Shown here one piece after another: positions 8,324 through 17,578 of a DNA stretch of 51,441 bases. Position numbers and translations under genes: made by a program. The number at the start of each line of letters is the position of its first letter. The stretch's first letter is position 1. Location of the stretch: assembly GCA_041166245.1 (NCBI GenBank), contig JBEEFQ010000014.1, positions 1 through 51,441 of the forward strand. The letters run 5' to 3'. This stretch comes from Actinomycetota bacterium (GTDB lineage Bacteria; Actinomycetota; Acidimicrobiia; Acidimicrobiales; JAFATL01). The notes below the pieces were generated by a model. The model saw nothing but the letters and a program-made list of their open reading frames with translations, ran no database searches and was not told the origin of the DNA.

Positions 8324-9241
8324 ATGCGGCGGACATTGGGCCTCCTCATCGCGTTGTTGCTGGTCGTCGGGGTGCTGGCCGCCCGCGCCCGCACCGACGA
8401 CCGGACGCGCGACGCGCTGTTGCAGCCCGTCACCGCGGAGCGGACCACGACCACCCTCGCGCCCACGACCACAACGACAGTGCCGCCGACCACAACCACG
8501 ACGCTCCCCCCGGGTCCGCCCGTCGCGGCCGGCGACCCCGACGGTCTGGCCCTGCAGCTGACGGCCACCATCACCGCCCTCCGCGACCCGGCCACGCCCG
8601 AAGCCGACCTGGCCCGCCTCGGCCACACCGAGCAGGTCGCGATCTACGCCCTGCTCGACCACCCGGACTGGCAGCCCCTCGTGGTGGCCAAGGTGCCCGA
8701 GAACCAGCGGGGCATCGTCCAGGCCAACGTGCGGGCCGGCGGCGAGCTCCGCGCCCTCGCCCCCAAGCTCAAGGACTCACTGCCGACCGGTTGGGTCATC
8801 GAGACGCCTCGGCCCGCGGCCGAGCTGCTCGGGTACTACAAGGAGGGCGAGGCCCAGACCGGCATCCCGTGGGCGTACCTGGCGTCGATCAACCTGGTCG
8901 AGACGCGCATGGGCCGCATCCACGGCCTGAGCTCGGCCGGCGCCCAGGGCCCCATGCAGTTCATGCCCCAGACGTGGGCCCGCTTCGGGCAGGGCGACGT
9001 CACCAACCCGCGTGACGCCATCCTCGCCGCGGCCCGCTACCTCAAGTACAACGGCGCCCCCCAGACCATCGACACCGCCATCTGGAACTACAACCGCAGC
9101 TGGCACTACGTGGCGGCGGTGAAGACCTACGCCGAGCAGATGCTGGCGGACGAGCGCGCCTTCCTCGGCTACTACCACTGGCAGGTGTACTACCGCACCG
9201 CCGCCGCCAACACGCATCTGCCCGAGGGCTGGCGGGGCTGA
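8324..9241 (+). CDS. secreted lytic transglycosylase domain protein with Thr/Pro-rich linker
   Basis: ATG at 8324 and an N-terminal TM/signal segment. A T/P-rich linker is followed by an SLT-like core (IPWAYLASINLVETRMG, GPMQFMPQTW). Confidence 0.75.
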   Translation: MRRTLGLLIALLLVVGVLAARARTDDRTRDALLQPVTAERTTTTLAPTTTTTVPPTTTTTLPPGPPVAAGDPDGLALQLTATITALRDPATPEADLARLGHTEQVAIYALLDHPDWQPLVVAKVPENQRGIVQANVRAGGELRALAPKLKDSLPTGWVIETPRPAAELLGYYKEGEAQTGIPWAYLASINLVETRMGRIHGLSSAGAQGPMQFMPQTWARFGQGDVTNPRDAILAAARYLKYNGAPQTIDTAIWNYNRSWHYVAAVKTYAEQMLADERAFLGYYHWQVYYRTAAANTHLPEGWRG

Positions 9242-9247
9242 GCCGAG

Positions 9248-9853
9248 CTAGGCGACGGCCATCTCGCGCATGGCGGTGTAGTGGTGCTGCAGGCAGCGGC
9301 GGGCGCGGAAGACGACGGCGCGGGCGCCCTCGATGCTGACGCCGAGCTCGTCGGCCAGGTCCTCGTAGCCCACGCCGTAGACGTCGCGCTGCATGAGCAG
9401 GTCGCGGTGACGGGGGCTCAGTACGTCGAGGGCGGCGCGCACGGTGCGGCGATCCTCCTCGACCTCGATGGGCTGGGTGGGATCGGCGCTGTCGCCGGCC
9501 GGGCGGTCGGGCACCACCGCAGAGGGCGTCGAGCGCTTGCGCAGCCTGATGGCGTCGATGCAGAGGTTGCGGGCCACCCGCCACAGCCAGGGGCGCACCG
9601 CGGCGGCCGAGTCGAAGGTGTCGCGGCGGGACCAGGCCCGGAACAGTGCCTCTTGGGCCACGTCGGCCGCGGCCGCGTCGTCGTGGAGGAAGCGGGCGCA
9701 GTAGGCCTGCAGCTGGTCGCGGTGCGCCCGGTACCAGACGTCGAAGTCATCCGTCGGACGGTCGTCGCGGAGATCGATCTCGAGGTCCCTGAGATCCACC
9801 ACCACTTGCTGCTCGCCTTGATTCCGCTGACCTAGCCGGTTCATGCCCCACAC
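9248..9853 (-). CDS. RNA polymerase sigma-70 family, ECF-type sigma factor
   Basis: Region 2 (DVAQEALFRAW...RPWLWRVARNLCID) and region 4 (LSPRHRDLLMQRDVYGVGYEDLADELGVSIEGARAVVFRARRCL). The start is GTG at 9853 or ATG at 9844. There is an acidic N-terminal extension of about 40 aa. Confidence 0.85.
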   Translation of the reverse strand: MWGMNRLGQRNQGEQQVVVDLRDLEIDLRDDRPTDDFDVWYRAHRDQLQAYCARFLHDDAAAADVAQEALFRAWSRRDTFDSAAAVRPWLWRVARNLCIDAIRLRKRSTPSAVVPDRPAGDSADPTQPIEVEEDRRTVRAALDVLSPRHRDLLMQRDVYGVGYEDLADELGVSIEGARAVVFRARRCLQHHYTAMREMAVA

Positions 9854-9971
9854 TCCCCAGAACTCGTTCGGTGGGGTGACCGTACGATGGGACGCTTTGC
9901 ACCTGTAGGCCCAAATGTCGAATGACGCCGCGTGACTAGTCAGTCCGGCACTGACCGTGCTGAGTGACTAG

Positions 9972-11249
<1,278 letters not shown>

Positions 11250-11283
11250 CCGGCCTCCTCCGTAGTCCGTATCCGGACCCACG

Positions 11284-11778
11284 CTAGACCCGGCTGCCCG
11301 GCGGCTCGACTGGGCCGGGCCCGTCTGGCCGCCACGCCAGACGGACGTCGGGCGCCCCCTCCTCGTTCTCAGCGCCATCTGTGCGCTCGGCCTCGACGAA
11401 GCCGAGCCGCTCGTAGAACCGCAGCGCACCCACGTTGGATTGGAAGACCCAGAGCTGCAGACCGGCGGGCCGCTCGCGCTTGGCCACGTCGACCAGGATC
11501 GAGCCGATGCCACGGCCCGTGAGCCCCGGCTCGACGTAGAGCTGGTCGAGCCAGTCGCCGTCGAGGACGAGGACGGCCACGATGCCTGCTTCGGTGTCCT
11601 CCGCCACCCAGAGCTCACGCTCGGCGACCACCACCTCACGGAACCAGCGACGGACGTCGACGTTGCCGTGCACCAGCGGCGGGACCGCGGGCACGGCCGC
11701 GTGCCGCGAGCGGAGGTAGACCTCGGCGGCGGCAGGCGCGTCCGTGGCCGTTCCCCGGCGGATGCCGGGCCCTGTCAC
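11284..11778 (-). CDS. GNAT family N-acetyltransferase
   Basis: GTG at 11778 overlaps the upstream stop (GTGA). LYVEPGLTGRGIGSILV is the acetyl-CoA Q/RxxGxG/A loop, followed by NVGALRFYERLGF. Confidence 0.8.
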   Translation of the reverse strand: MTGPGIRRGTATDAPAAAEVYLRSRHAAVPAVPPLVHGNVDVRRWFREVVVAERELWVAEDTEAGIVAVLVLDGDWLDQLYVEPGLTGRGIGSILVDVAKRERPAGLQLWVFQSNVGALRFYERLGFVEAERTDGAENEEGAPDVRLAWRPDGPGPVEPPGSRV

Positions 11779-12569
11779 GCGGTTGCGACGATCTCGCCGT
11801 GCAGCACGACGAAGACGCCGTCGGGCTCGGCCGCCCACCCCTGCCAGCCGGCGGCCACCTCGGCCAACTCGTCGGGCGTAGCCGCGCCGTACTCGACGGC
11901 CTGCTCGGCCATGCTCGACCCGACGGTGCGGTCGGCCCACAGCGCTCCCCACCAGGCCCGGTCCTCGGGCGTGGCGAACGTCCACGTCGAGGTCGAGTAC
12001 CGCACGTCGGTGAGCCCGGCCTCGCGCGCCCATCCGAGCAGTCGCTTGCCGGCGTCGGCGTCGGCTCCGTTGCGGGCGGTCACCGCGAGGTAGATGGCGA
12101 GCCAGCGGTCGAGGCGGTCCTCGTCGGGCGCCCACGTGAACGACGAGTAGATGCTGTCGCGCGCCGCGACGATGCTGCCGGGCGCGGCCAAGCGCCGCAT
12201 GTCGGCCAGCGCGCCGACCGGGTCGCTGAGGTGCTGCAACACCTGGTGGGCGTGCACCACGTCGAACCCGCCGGCATCCATGGCGCGGAAGTCACCTGCG
12301 ACGAACGTCACGTTGTCGACGCCCGCGTCCTGCGCGTGGGCAGCAGCCTCTGCGACGACGTCGCGCGACACGTCGACGCCGACCACATCACCGGGCGCAA
12401 CGCGGCGGGCCAGGTCGACGGTCAGGGTGCCGGGACCGCACCCCACGTCCAGCAGGCGCATGCCGGGCGTGAGGCGGGGCAGCAGGTAGCCAGCCGAGTT
12501 GTCGGCCGTGCGCCAGCGATGCGAGCGCAGCACCGCGTCCTGGTGCCCGTGCGTGTAGACATCGCCCAA
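11775..12569 (-). CDS. class I SAM-dependent methyltransferase
   Basis: Motifs YTHGHQDAVLRSHRWRTADNSAGYLLP, then MRLLDVGCGPGTLT. The most plausible start is TTG at 12569; there is no ATG or GTG closer to the conserved N-terminus, so the start is uncertain. Confidence 0.8.
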   Translation of the reverse strand: MGDVYTHGHQDAVLRSHRWRTADNSAGYLLPRLTPGMRLLDVGCGPGTLTVDLARRVAPGDVVGVDVSRDVVAEAAAHAQDAGVDNVTFVAGDFRAMDAGGFDVVHAHQVLQHLSDPVGALADMRRLAAPGSIVAARDSIYSSFTWAPDEDRLDRWLAIYLAVTARNGADADAGKRLLGWAREAGLTDVRYSTSTWTFATPEDRAWWGALWADRTVGSSMAEQAVEYGAATPDELAEVAAGWQGWAAEPDGVFVVLHGEIVATA

Positions 12570-12593
12570 GGCCCCAACCGTAGAGTGCTTGGC

Positions 12594-12986
12594 GTGGACG
12601 CCACCGAGGTGGTGCACCGATTCATCGCCGCCATCAACGCAGGAGACGTGGCCGGTCTGGCTCACCTCATGAGCGCCGACCACACCCTGCAGGTCTTCGA
12701 CGAACCCGCCCTCGTCGGTCGGGAGGCCAACGTGGACGGGTGGCAGGGCTATTGCTCGGCGTTCCCGCGTTATCGCATCCACGTCCACGACACCGCCGAG
12801 CGGGCCGGCGCCGTCGCCGTTCGCGGTCACACCACCGGCTCGCACCTGGCCCTGCCCGACACCGAGGAGGAGCGCCTCACCCTGATCTGGCTGGCCGAGG
12901 TGGGTGCCGGCAAGCTGCGCACGTGGCAGCTCATCGACGACTCCGTCGGGAACCGGGAGCGGGTCGGGTTAGCGTCGACGCCATGA
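12594..12986 (+). CDS. NTF2/SnoaL-like domain protein
   Basis: GTG at 12594. VVHRFIAAINAGDVAGLAHLMSADH is a typical SnoaL-like opening. The stop overlaps the next start (ATGA at 12983-12986). Confidence 0.6.
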   Translation: MDATEVVHRFIAAINAGDVAGLAHLMSADHTLQVFDEPALVGREANVDGWQGYCSAFPRYRIHVHDTAERAGAVAVRGHTTGSHLALPDTEEERLTLIWLAEVGAGKLRTWQLIDDSVGNRERVGLASTP

Positions 12987-13417
12987 CCGATGCACTGCCG
13001 GGCCCCGTCCTCACGGGCGTGAACCTGTTCTGCAAGGACATGACGGCGACCGTGGCGTTCTACCGGCGCCTCGGCCTCGACATCGACGACGGCCATCCCT
13101 GGAGCGGCCATCACATCGAGGTGCCGATGGCCAACGGCATCCAGCTCGAGCTCGACAGCGTGGAGCTCACCAAGGCCTACGACACCGGTTTCGTCGAGGG
13201 CAGTCGCAACGTGATCGTCTTCCATCTCCCGACGCGCGAGGCCGTCGACCTCACGTTCACCGAGCTCACCGCGGCCGGACACGCGGCTCACCTGCCGCCC
13301 GTCGACGCGTTCTGGGGCGCGCGCTATGCCGTCGTCGATGACCCGGATGGCAACGCTGTCGGTCTCATGAGTCCCGTCGACCCCGAGCTCCGAGGCGAGC
13401 CCCCGCCCCTCAGCTGA
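12983..13417 (+). CDS. VOC (glyoxalase/bleomycin-resistance/dioxygenase) family protein
   Basis: VNLFCKDMTATVAFYRRLGL...FWGARYAVVDDPDGNAVGLM is the VOC fold signature. Confidence 0.8.
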   Translation: MTDALPGPVLTGVNLFCKDMTATVAFYRRLGLDIDDGHPWSGHHIEVPMANGIQLELDSVELTKAYDTGFVEGSRNVIVFHLPTREAVDLTFTELTAAGHAAHLPPVDAFWGARYAVVDDPDGNAVGLMSPVDPELRGEPPPLS

Positions 13418-13430
13418 GTGCTGTCACTCA
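13415..13430. terminator. short hairpin spanning both stop codons of convergent genes
   Basis: TGAGTG-ctgt-CACTCA, a 6-bp stem. This is weak evidence. Confidence 0.3.
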
Positions 13431-13969
13431 CAGAACGTGATGCGGGGGACGATCACGCTCGTCGCCTTCCCCGTATCAGTCGCGACATCGAAGTCGAAGA
13501 GCTGGGTGCCGTCCCGGAGCACGCTGACCAGCGTGATCCCGAACTGGGCCTCGGTGGCGTGGTCGACCTTCACCTCGTACCCGGAGCCGTAGGCCTGCTG
13601 GATCTGCGGGATCGTCGACCCCGGCCCGACGCCGGCCGCCGTCTTGGCGCCGGATCGCACACTGACGCTGTACAGCACACCGTCCCGGAACGTGACGTTG
13701 CCGACGACCTCGCCCAACTGCAGCGGTGCTCCGAGCTCACTAGGCCCGGCCACCTCGCACCCCGGCCCCGTGGGACCGATCTCACCAGACGCCTTGGCGT
13801 CGGCCAGCGACATGCCGAGGCGCAGCTTGCCGACACCCCGCTCGTCGACCGTCAGGCCCGTCGACGAGGGAGCCGACGTGGTCGTGGCCGTGTTCGGTTC
13901 GGAGTCGCCGCAGGCGCCGAGGGCGCACGTCAGCACGGTGAGCAGGACGAGGAGTCGGCGTTGGGGCAA
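13424..13969 (-). CDS. putative lipoprotein of unknown function
   Basis: The start is probably TTG at 13969, 11 nt after the upstream stop. It has a signal peptide with a lipobox (LLTVLTCALGAC-G), then a Thr/Ser-rich linker. Confidence 0.6.
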   Translation of the reverse strand: MPQRRLLVLLTVLTCALGACGDSEPNTATTTSAPSSTGLTVDERGVGKLRLGMSLADAKASGEIGPTGPGCEVAGPSELGAPLQLGEVVGNVTFRDGVLYSVSVRSGAKTAAGVGPGSTIPQIQQAYGSGYEVKVDHATEAQFGITLVSVLRDGTQLFDFDVATDTGKATSVIVPRITFCE

Positions 13970-13980
13970 GCTCGCCGAAC

Positions 13981-14544
13981 CTACCTGCGCATCAGCCACA
14001 GCGCAGACGCGACGATCCATGCGTCGCCCGCGGTGAGGCCGGCGCGCTGGAACAGGCCGTGGCGTCGACCGGCCAACGTCGCGAGCAGGCACGCGCCGGA
14101 GAGCGCGCCGATCGCAAGTGACGCGGCCGCAGCACGCGTCTTGCCCTCGGCTCGCAGGGGCGCGGCCGCGAGCAGCGGCACGCTGGCGAGGGTGGCGTAG
14201 CCGATCGAGGCGAAGGCGCCATGCACGACATCGAGGGTCGGTGAGCGGTCGAGCGGGAAGGCGGCCACGCCGAGGGTGGCGAGACCAGTGGCGACGGCCG
14301 ACGCCCACGCCGGACCTGACAGCCGGTCACGTAGCGCCAGCCCGTAGAGGGGCAGACCGACGCCGAAGACGACGAAGCCGCCTGTCATCAGGCCTCGCGT
14401 CGACGCGTCCACCGCGGCCAGACGGCTGATGGCGTCGTCGACCGGTGAGTAGTTGCGCGCCGCCGCCCCGCCCACCGCCCACGCACCGACGAACGCCGCG
14501 GGGCCGACCAGCCCGCCGAGGGCGGTCAGGCGCAGAGCTGCCAC
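13981..14544 (-). CDS. DUF998-like integral membrane protein
   Basis: GTG at 14544. It has about six hydrophobic segments and a NYSPVDDAISRLAA motif that I recall as characteristic of DUF998 proteins. Confidence 0.6.
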   Translation of the reverse strand: MAALRLTALGGLVGPAAFVGAWAVGGAAARNYSPVDDAISRLAAVDASTRGLMTGGFVVFGVGLPLYGLALRDRLSGPAWASAVATGLATLGVAAFPLDRSPTLDVVHGAFASIGYATLASVPLLAAAPLRAEGKTRAAAASLAIGALSGACLLATLAGRRHGLFQRAGLTAGDAWIVASALWLMRR

Positions 14545-14564
14545 ACCGGTGCGATGTCCTGCAA

Positions 14565-15020
14565 TCAGGCGCCGCGGTTGGACGTCACGCGCTCGGGTCG
14601 CACCAGCACCGCGACCCTGCGCTCGGTGGCCATGACCCGGTCGTATTCGTCGAAGTCGTCGTGGGCGCCGCCCGCGGCGGTGAACACCTCCCGCAACAGC
14701 AGCCGCAGGCGCTCGGGGTCGACCCCGTCCAAGAGATCGTCGGGACCGGCCAGCTCGACCGGGCCCTCGACCGACGCCCAGTTCCACCCGGCGCGGAAGA
14801 CAACCGTGGCGCGGCCTCGGTCACGGAGGTTGCGCAGCTTGGCTGCCCCGCCCTGGGCGACGAGCCCGACGACGTCGGTGCCGTCGACGGCATGGGCGAG
14901 CACACCGGCGTTGACCACCGAGGCCTGCACGCTGCCGTCAGCGCGGGTGGTGGCGACGACGGCCAGGCCGCTGTCCTGGTCGACGAGGGATCGCACGAGA
15001 TCGAGGTCCGGCACTGTCAC
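14565..15020 (-). CDS. PPOX-class (pyridoxamine 5'-phosphate oxidase-like) probable F420-dependent enzyme
   Basis: GTG at 15020. LVRSLVDQDSGLAVVATTRADGSVQASVVN...KLRNLRDRGRATV resembles the split-barrel FMN/F420 family. Confidence 0.75.
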   Translation of the reverse strand: MTVPDLDLVRSLVDQDSGLAVVATTRADGSVQASVVNAGVLAHAVDGTDVVGLVAQGGAAKLRNLRDRGRATVVFRAGWNWASVEGPVELAGPDDLLDGVDPERLRLLLREVFTAAGGAHDDFDEYDRVMATERRVAVLVRPERVTSNRGA

Positions 15021-15172
15021 ACTCGCTCGCTTGCAAGCGGCGCTCGCTGAGGTGCAATGGGGGCCCCACTGATCCGGCTACGCCGCAGCGTTCGGCCTTG
15101 CTCCCCATTGCGGGCTGCTGCCCAGGTCGAGTCCATACGCACGTCCATCGTTGTGGACGCTAGACCGATGCC

Positions 15173-16165
15173 GTGGCTACCGAGCCCGAGCTCCGAGATC
15201 CCGTCGCGCTGTGCACGCCCGAGGGGCGGCTCAACCGGGACGCCGTCGGCTGGTCGCGCCGGCCGGTGCACGACTGCGCCCTGCCCGCATCGTGGGGCAG
15301 GCGCAAGCGGTGGGACTACTGGTGCGTGACGTGGCCGGGCGCGGCGATGTCGCTGACGTTCGCCGACGTCGACTACCTCGGGCTGGCCGACGTCTGGTTC
15401 ATCGACCTCGCGACCGAGCGCACCTACGGCCGGGCGGCCATCGGCCCGCTGGCCCGCGCTGTCGCATTGCCCGACCGGGTGGGCGGCGGATCGATGCGCG
15501 TCGAGCAGCGGGGGCTGCAGCTCGCCGTCACCGAGGAAGACTTTGGGACCCGGCTGACGGCGTCCTACGAGAAGGCCGCGTTCCACGCGGACGTCTTCGT
15601 CGAGCGCCCCGCCGACCACGAGACGATGAGCGTCGTGATCCCGTGGAGCGACCGTCGCTTTCAATGCACGACCAAGGAGAACACCCGGCCGGCGACGGGG
15701 TCGGTGCGTTGGGGCGACACGACCTATGACGTCGACGGCTGGGGATGTCTCGACTTCGGCCGAGGCAAATGGCCGTATCGCACGCTGTGGAACTGGGGCT
15801 CGGCCAGCGGCCGCACTGATGGGCACGTCGTGGGGCTGCAGCTGGGCGGCAAGTGGACGGCGGGCACCGGGATGACCGAGAACGCCCTCTGCATCGACGG
15901 CCGGCTGACCAAGATCTCCGAGGAGCTCACGTGGACCTACGACCGCACGGACTGGCTGCGGCCGTGGCGCATCAGCGGGGCGGTTGTCGATCTCATCTTC
16001 ACGCCCGTGTACGACAAGCGCTCACGCCTCGAGCTCGGCGCCGCGTCGAGCGCCGTGCACCAGTGCTTCGGCCACTACGAGGGCACCGTCACCCCCGCCG
16101 ACGGCCCCACGATCACCGTGACCGACCTGCTCGGTTGGGCCGAAGAGGCCCAGTGGCGCTGGTGA
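15173..16165 (+). CDS. DUF2804 domain-containing protein
   Basis: 330 aa from GTG 15173. Motifs KRWDYWCV...DVDYLGL and RTLWNWGSASG match my memory of the DUF2804 family. There is no enzymatic motif I can name. Confidence 0.7.
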   Translation: MATEPELRDPVALCTPEGRLNRDAVGWSRRPVHDCALPASWGRRKRWDYWCVTWPGAAMSLTFADVDYLGLADVWFIDLATERTYGRAAIGPLARAVALPDRVGGGSMRVEQRGLQLAVTEEDFGTRLTASYEKAAFHADVFVERPADHETMSVVIPWSDRRFQCTTKENTRPATGSVRWGDTTYDVDGWGCLDFGRGKWPYRTLWNWGSASGRTDGHVVGLQLGGKWTAGTGMTENALCIDGRLTKISEELTWTYDRTDWLRPWRISGAVVDLIFTPVYDKRSRLELGAASSAVHQCFGHYEGTVTPADGPTITVTDLLGWAEEAQWRW

Positions 16166-17578
16166 TCAGCCCGACACGGCCTTCTTGAGCTCGTCGAAGG
16201 ACGAGCGCACGTCGGCGGTGAGTTGGGCGAGGTCGGGGACGGCCTTGCGGTCAGCCACGATGCCGAGGGACAGCAACCGCTTCTTGTAGCTCAGCACGGT
16301 GACGTTGAGGGCGTTGCCCTCGATGACCGGACCGAACGGGTAGAGGCGCTCGACGGGCACGCCGGCCAGGTACAGCTGCTCCGATGGGCCAGGGATGTTG
16401 GACACGACGACGTTGCCGCCGAGCCGGAGCCGGTCGACCAGCCGCTCGTCACCCAAGGCCCGGCCGATCAGCGCCGCGGTCTGGGACCCGGCGACGGCGG
16501 TGAGGTCGGTGGGCACGCCCGCGCCGCCCCGCTTGTGCGCGGACTTGGAGCGCCGGGTGCTGGCGCCCACCACCGTGAGGCGCTCGGCCGGCTCCTCTAC
16601 GTGGGTGCCCATCGACGCGTACATGAGCGAGGTGCTGTTGCCGGAGCCCTCGCCCTCGCCGCGCGTCGACACGGGCACGAAGGCGACGAGCGAGTGTTCA
16701 GGCAGCTCGTCGTGGCGCAGCAGGTACTCGCGCACCGCACCGCCGACGGTGGCCACGATGACATCGTTGATCGTTGCGTCGCCCTTCGTGCCGATTGCCT
16801 TCACGTCGCCGAAGTCGAGGTCGACGAGCCCGACCCGGCGGGCCCCAGTGATCTTGGTGTTGAAGCGGGTGGCAGGCGCCTCGGCTCGGCCGACCCGAGC
16901 CGAGCGGTCGACCTTGGGGTCCGGAGCCGACGGCGGCGCGGTGCGACGACGCCACGCTCCCTGCGCCAGGCCCGCCACCAGTTGCGCCGAGCGCAGGGGC
17001 TGCGTCGCCAGCTCGGGCACTGCGCCCGCGGCCAGGCGCACGACCGACGGCATCGGCTCGGGGTCCCACGGCTCGGCCTCGGGCCGGGTCTCCGGGGCTT
17101 CAGGAGATGAGTCGAGGAACGTCATGAGCATCTCGAAGCCGGCCACCCCGTCGACAGCCGCGTGGTGGGTCTTGACCAGGCCTGCGACGCGGTCGCCCTC
17201 CAGCCCCTCGATCACGTGCAGCTCCCACAAGGGCTTGTCAGCGTCGAGCGGTCGACTGAGAACGTCCTCGATGTAGTGCTCGAGTTCCTCCTGGCCACCG
17301 GGCGCGGGCAGCGCGCCGCGCTTGAGGTGGTTGCAGATGTCGAAGTCGGGATCGTCGACCCACACAGGCCGACCCAGCTCGAGGGGCACGTGCACGAGCC
17401 GTTGGCGCATGCGCGGCTCGAGGTGGACGCGGCTCTCGACGACCTCGCGCACGGTGTCGAACGCATACGGCACGAGCGAGGACGGCGGGTCGACGACGAT
17501 GCACGACGCGATCTCGAACCGCGACACCGGCGACTCCGCATAGACGAAGGTGGCGTCGAACCCGCTCAGTCGCTCCAT
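16166..17578 (-). CDS. wax ester synthase / diacylglycerol O-acyltransferase (WS/DGAT)
   Basis: ATG at 17578. It has the catalytic HHAAVDG motif (HHxxxDG) and a C-terminal NVPGP-like motif (SNIPGPSEQLYLAG). Confidence 0.88.
   Translation of the reverse strand: MERLSGFDATFVYAESPVSRFEIASCIVVDPPSSLVPYAFDTVREVVESRVHLEPRMRQRLVHVPLELGRPVWVDDPDFDICNHLKRGALPAPGGQEELEHYIEDVLSRPLDADKPLWELHVIEGLEGDRVAGLVKTHHAAVDGVAGFEMLMTFLDSSPEAPETRPEAEPWDPEPMPSVVRLAAGAVPELATQPLRSAQLVAGLAQGAWRRRTAPPSAPDPKVDRSARVGRAEAPATRFNTKITGARRVGLVDLDFGDVKAIGTKGDATINDVIVATVGGAVREYLLRHDELPEHSLVAFVPVSTRGEGEGSGNSTSLMYASMGTHVEEPAERLTVVGASTRRSKSAHKRGGAGVPTDLTAVAGSQTAALIGRALGDERLVDRLRLGGNVVVSNIPGPSEQLYLAGVPVERLYPFGPVIEGNALNVTVLSYKKRLLSLGIVADRKAVPDLAQLTADVRSSFDELKKAVSG

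Noticed and set aside
8444-8521. Repetitive ACC/ACG/CCG DNA that looks like a nucleotide repeat.
   Set aside because: It is in-frame coding for the Thr/Pro-rich linker of the secreted lytic transglycosylase, so it is low-complexity protein sequence rather than a DNA element.
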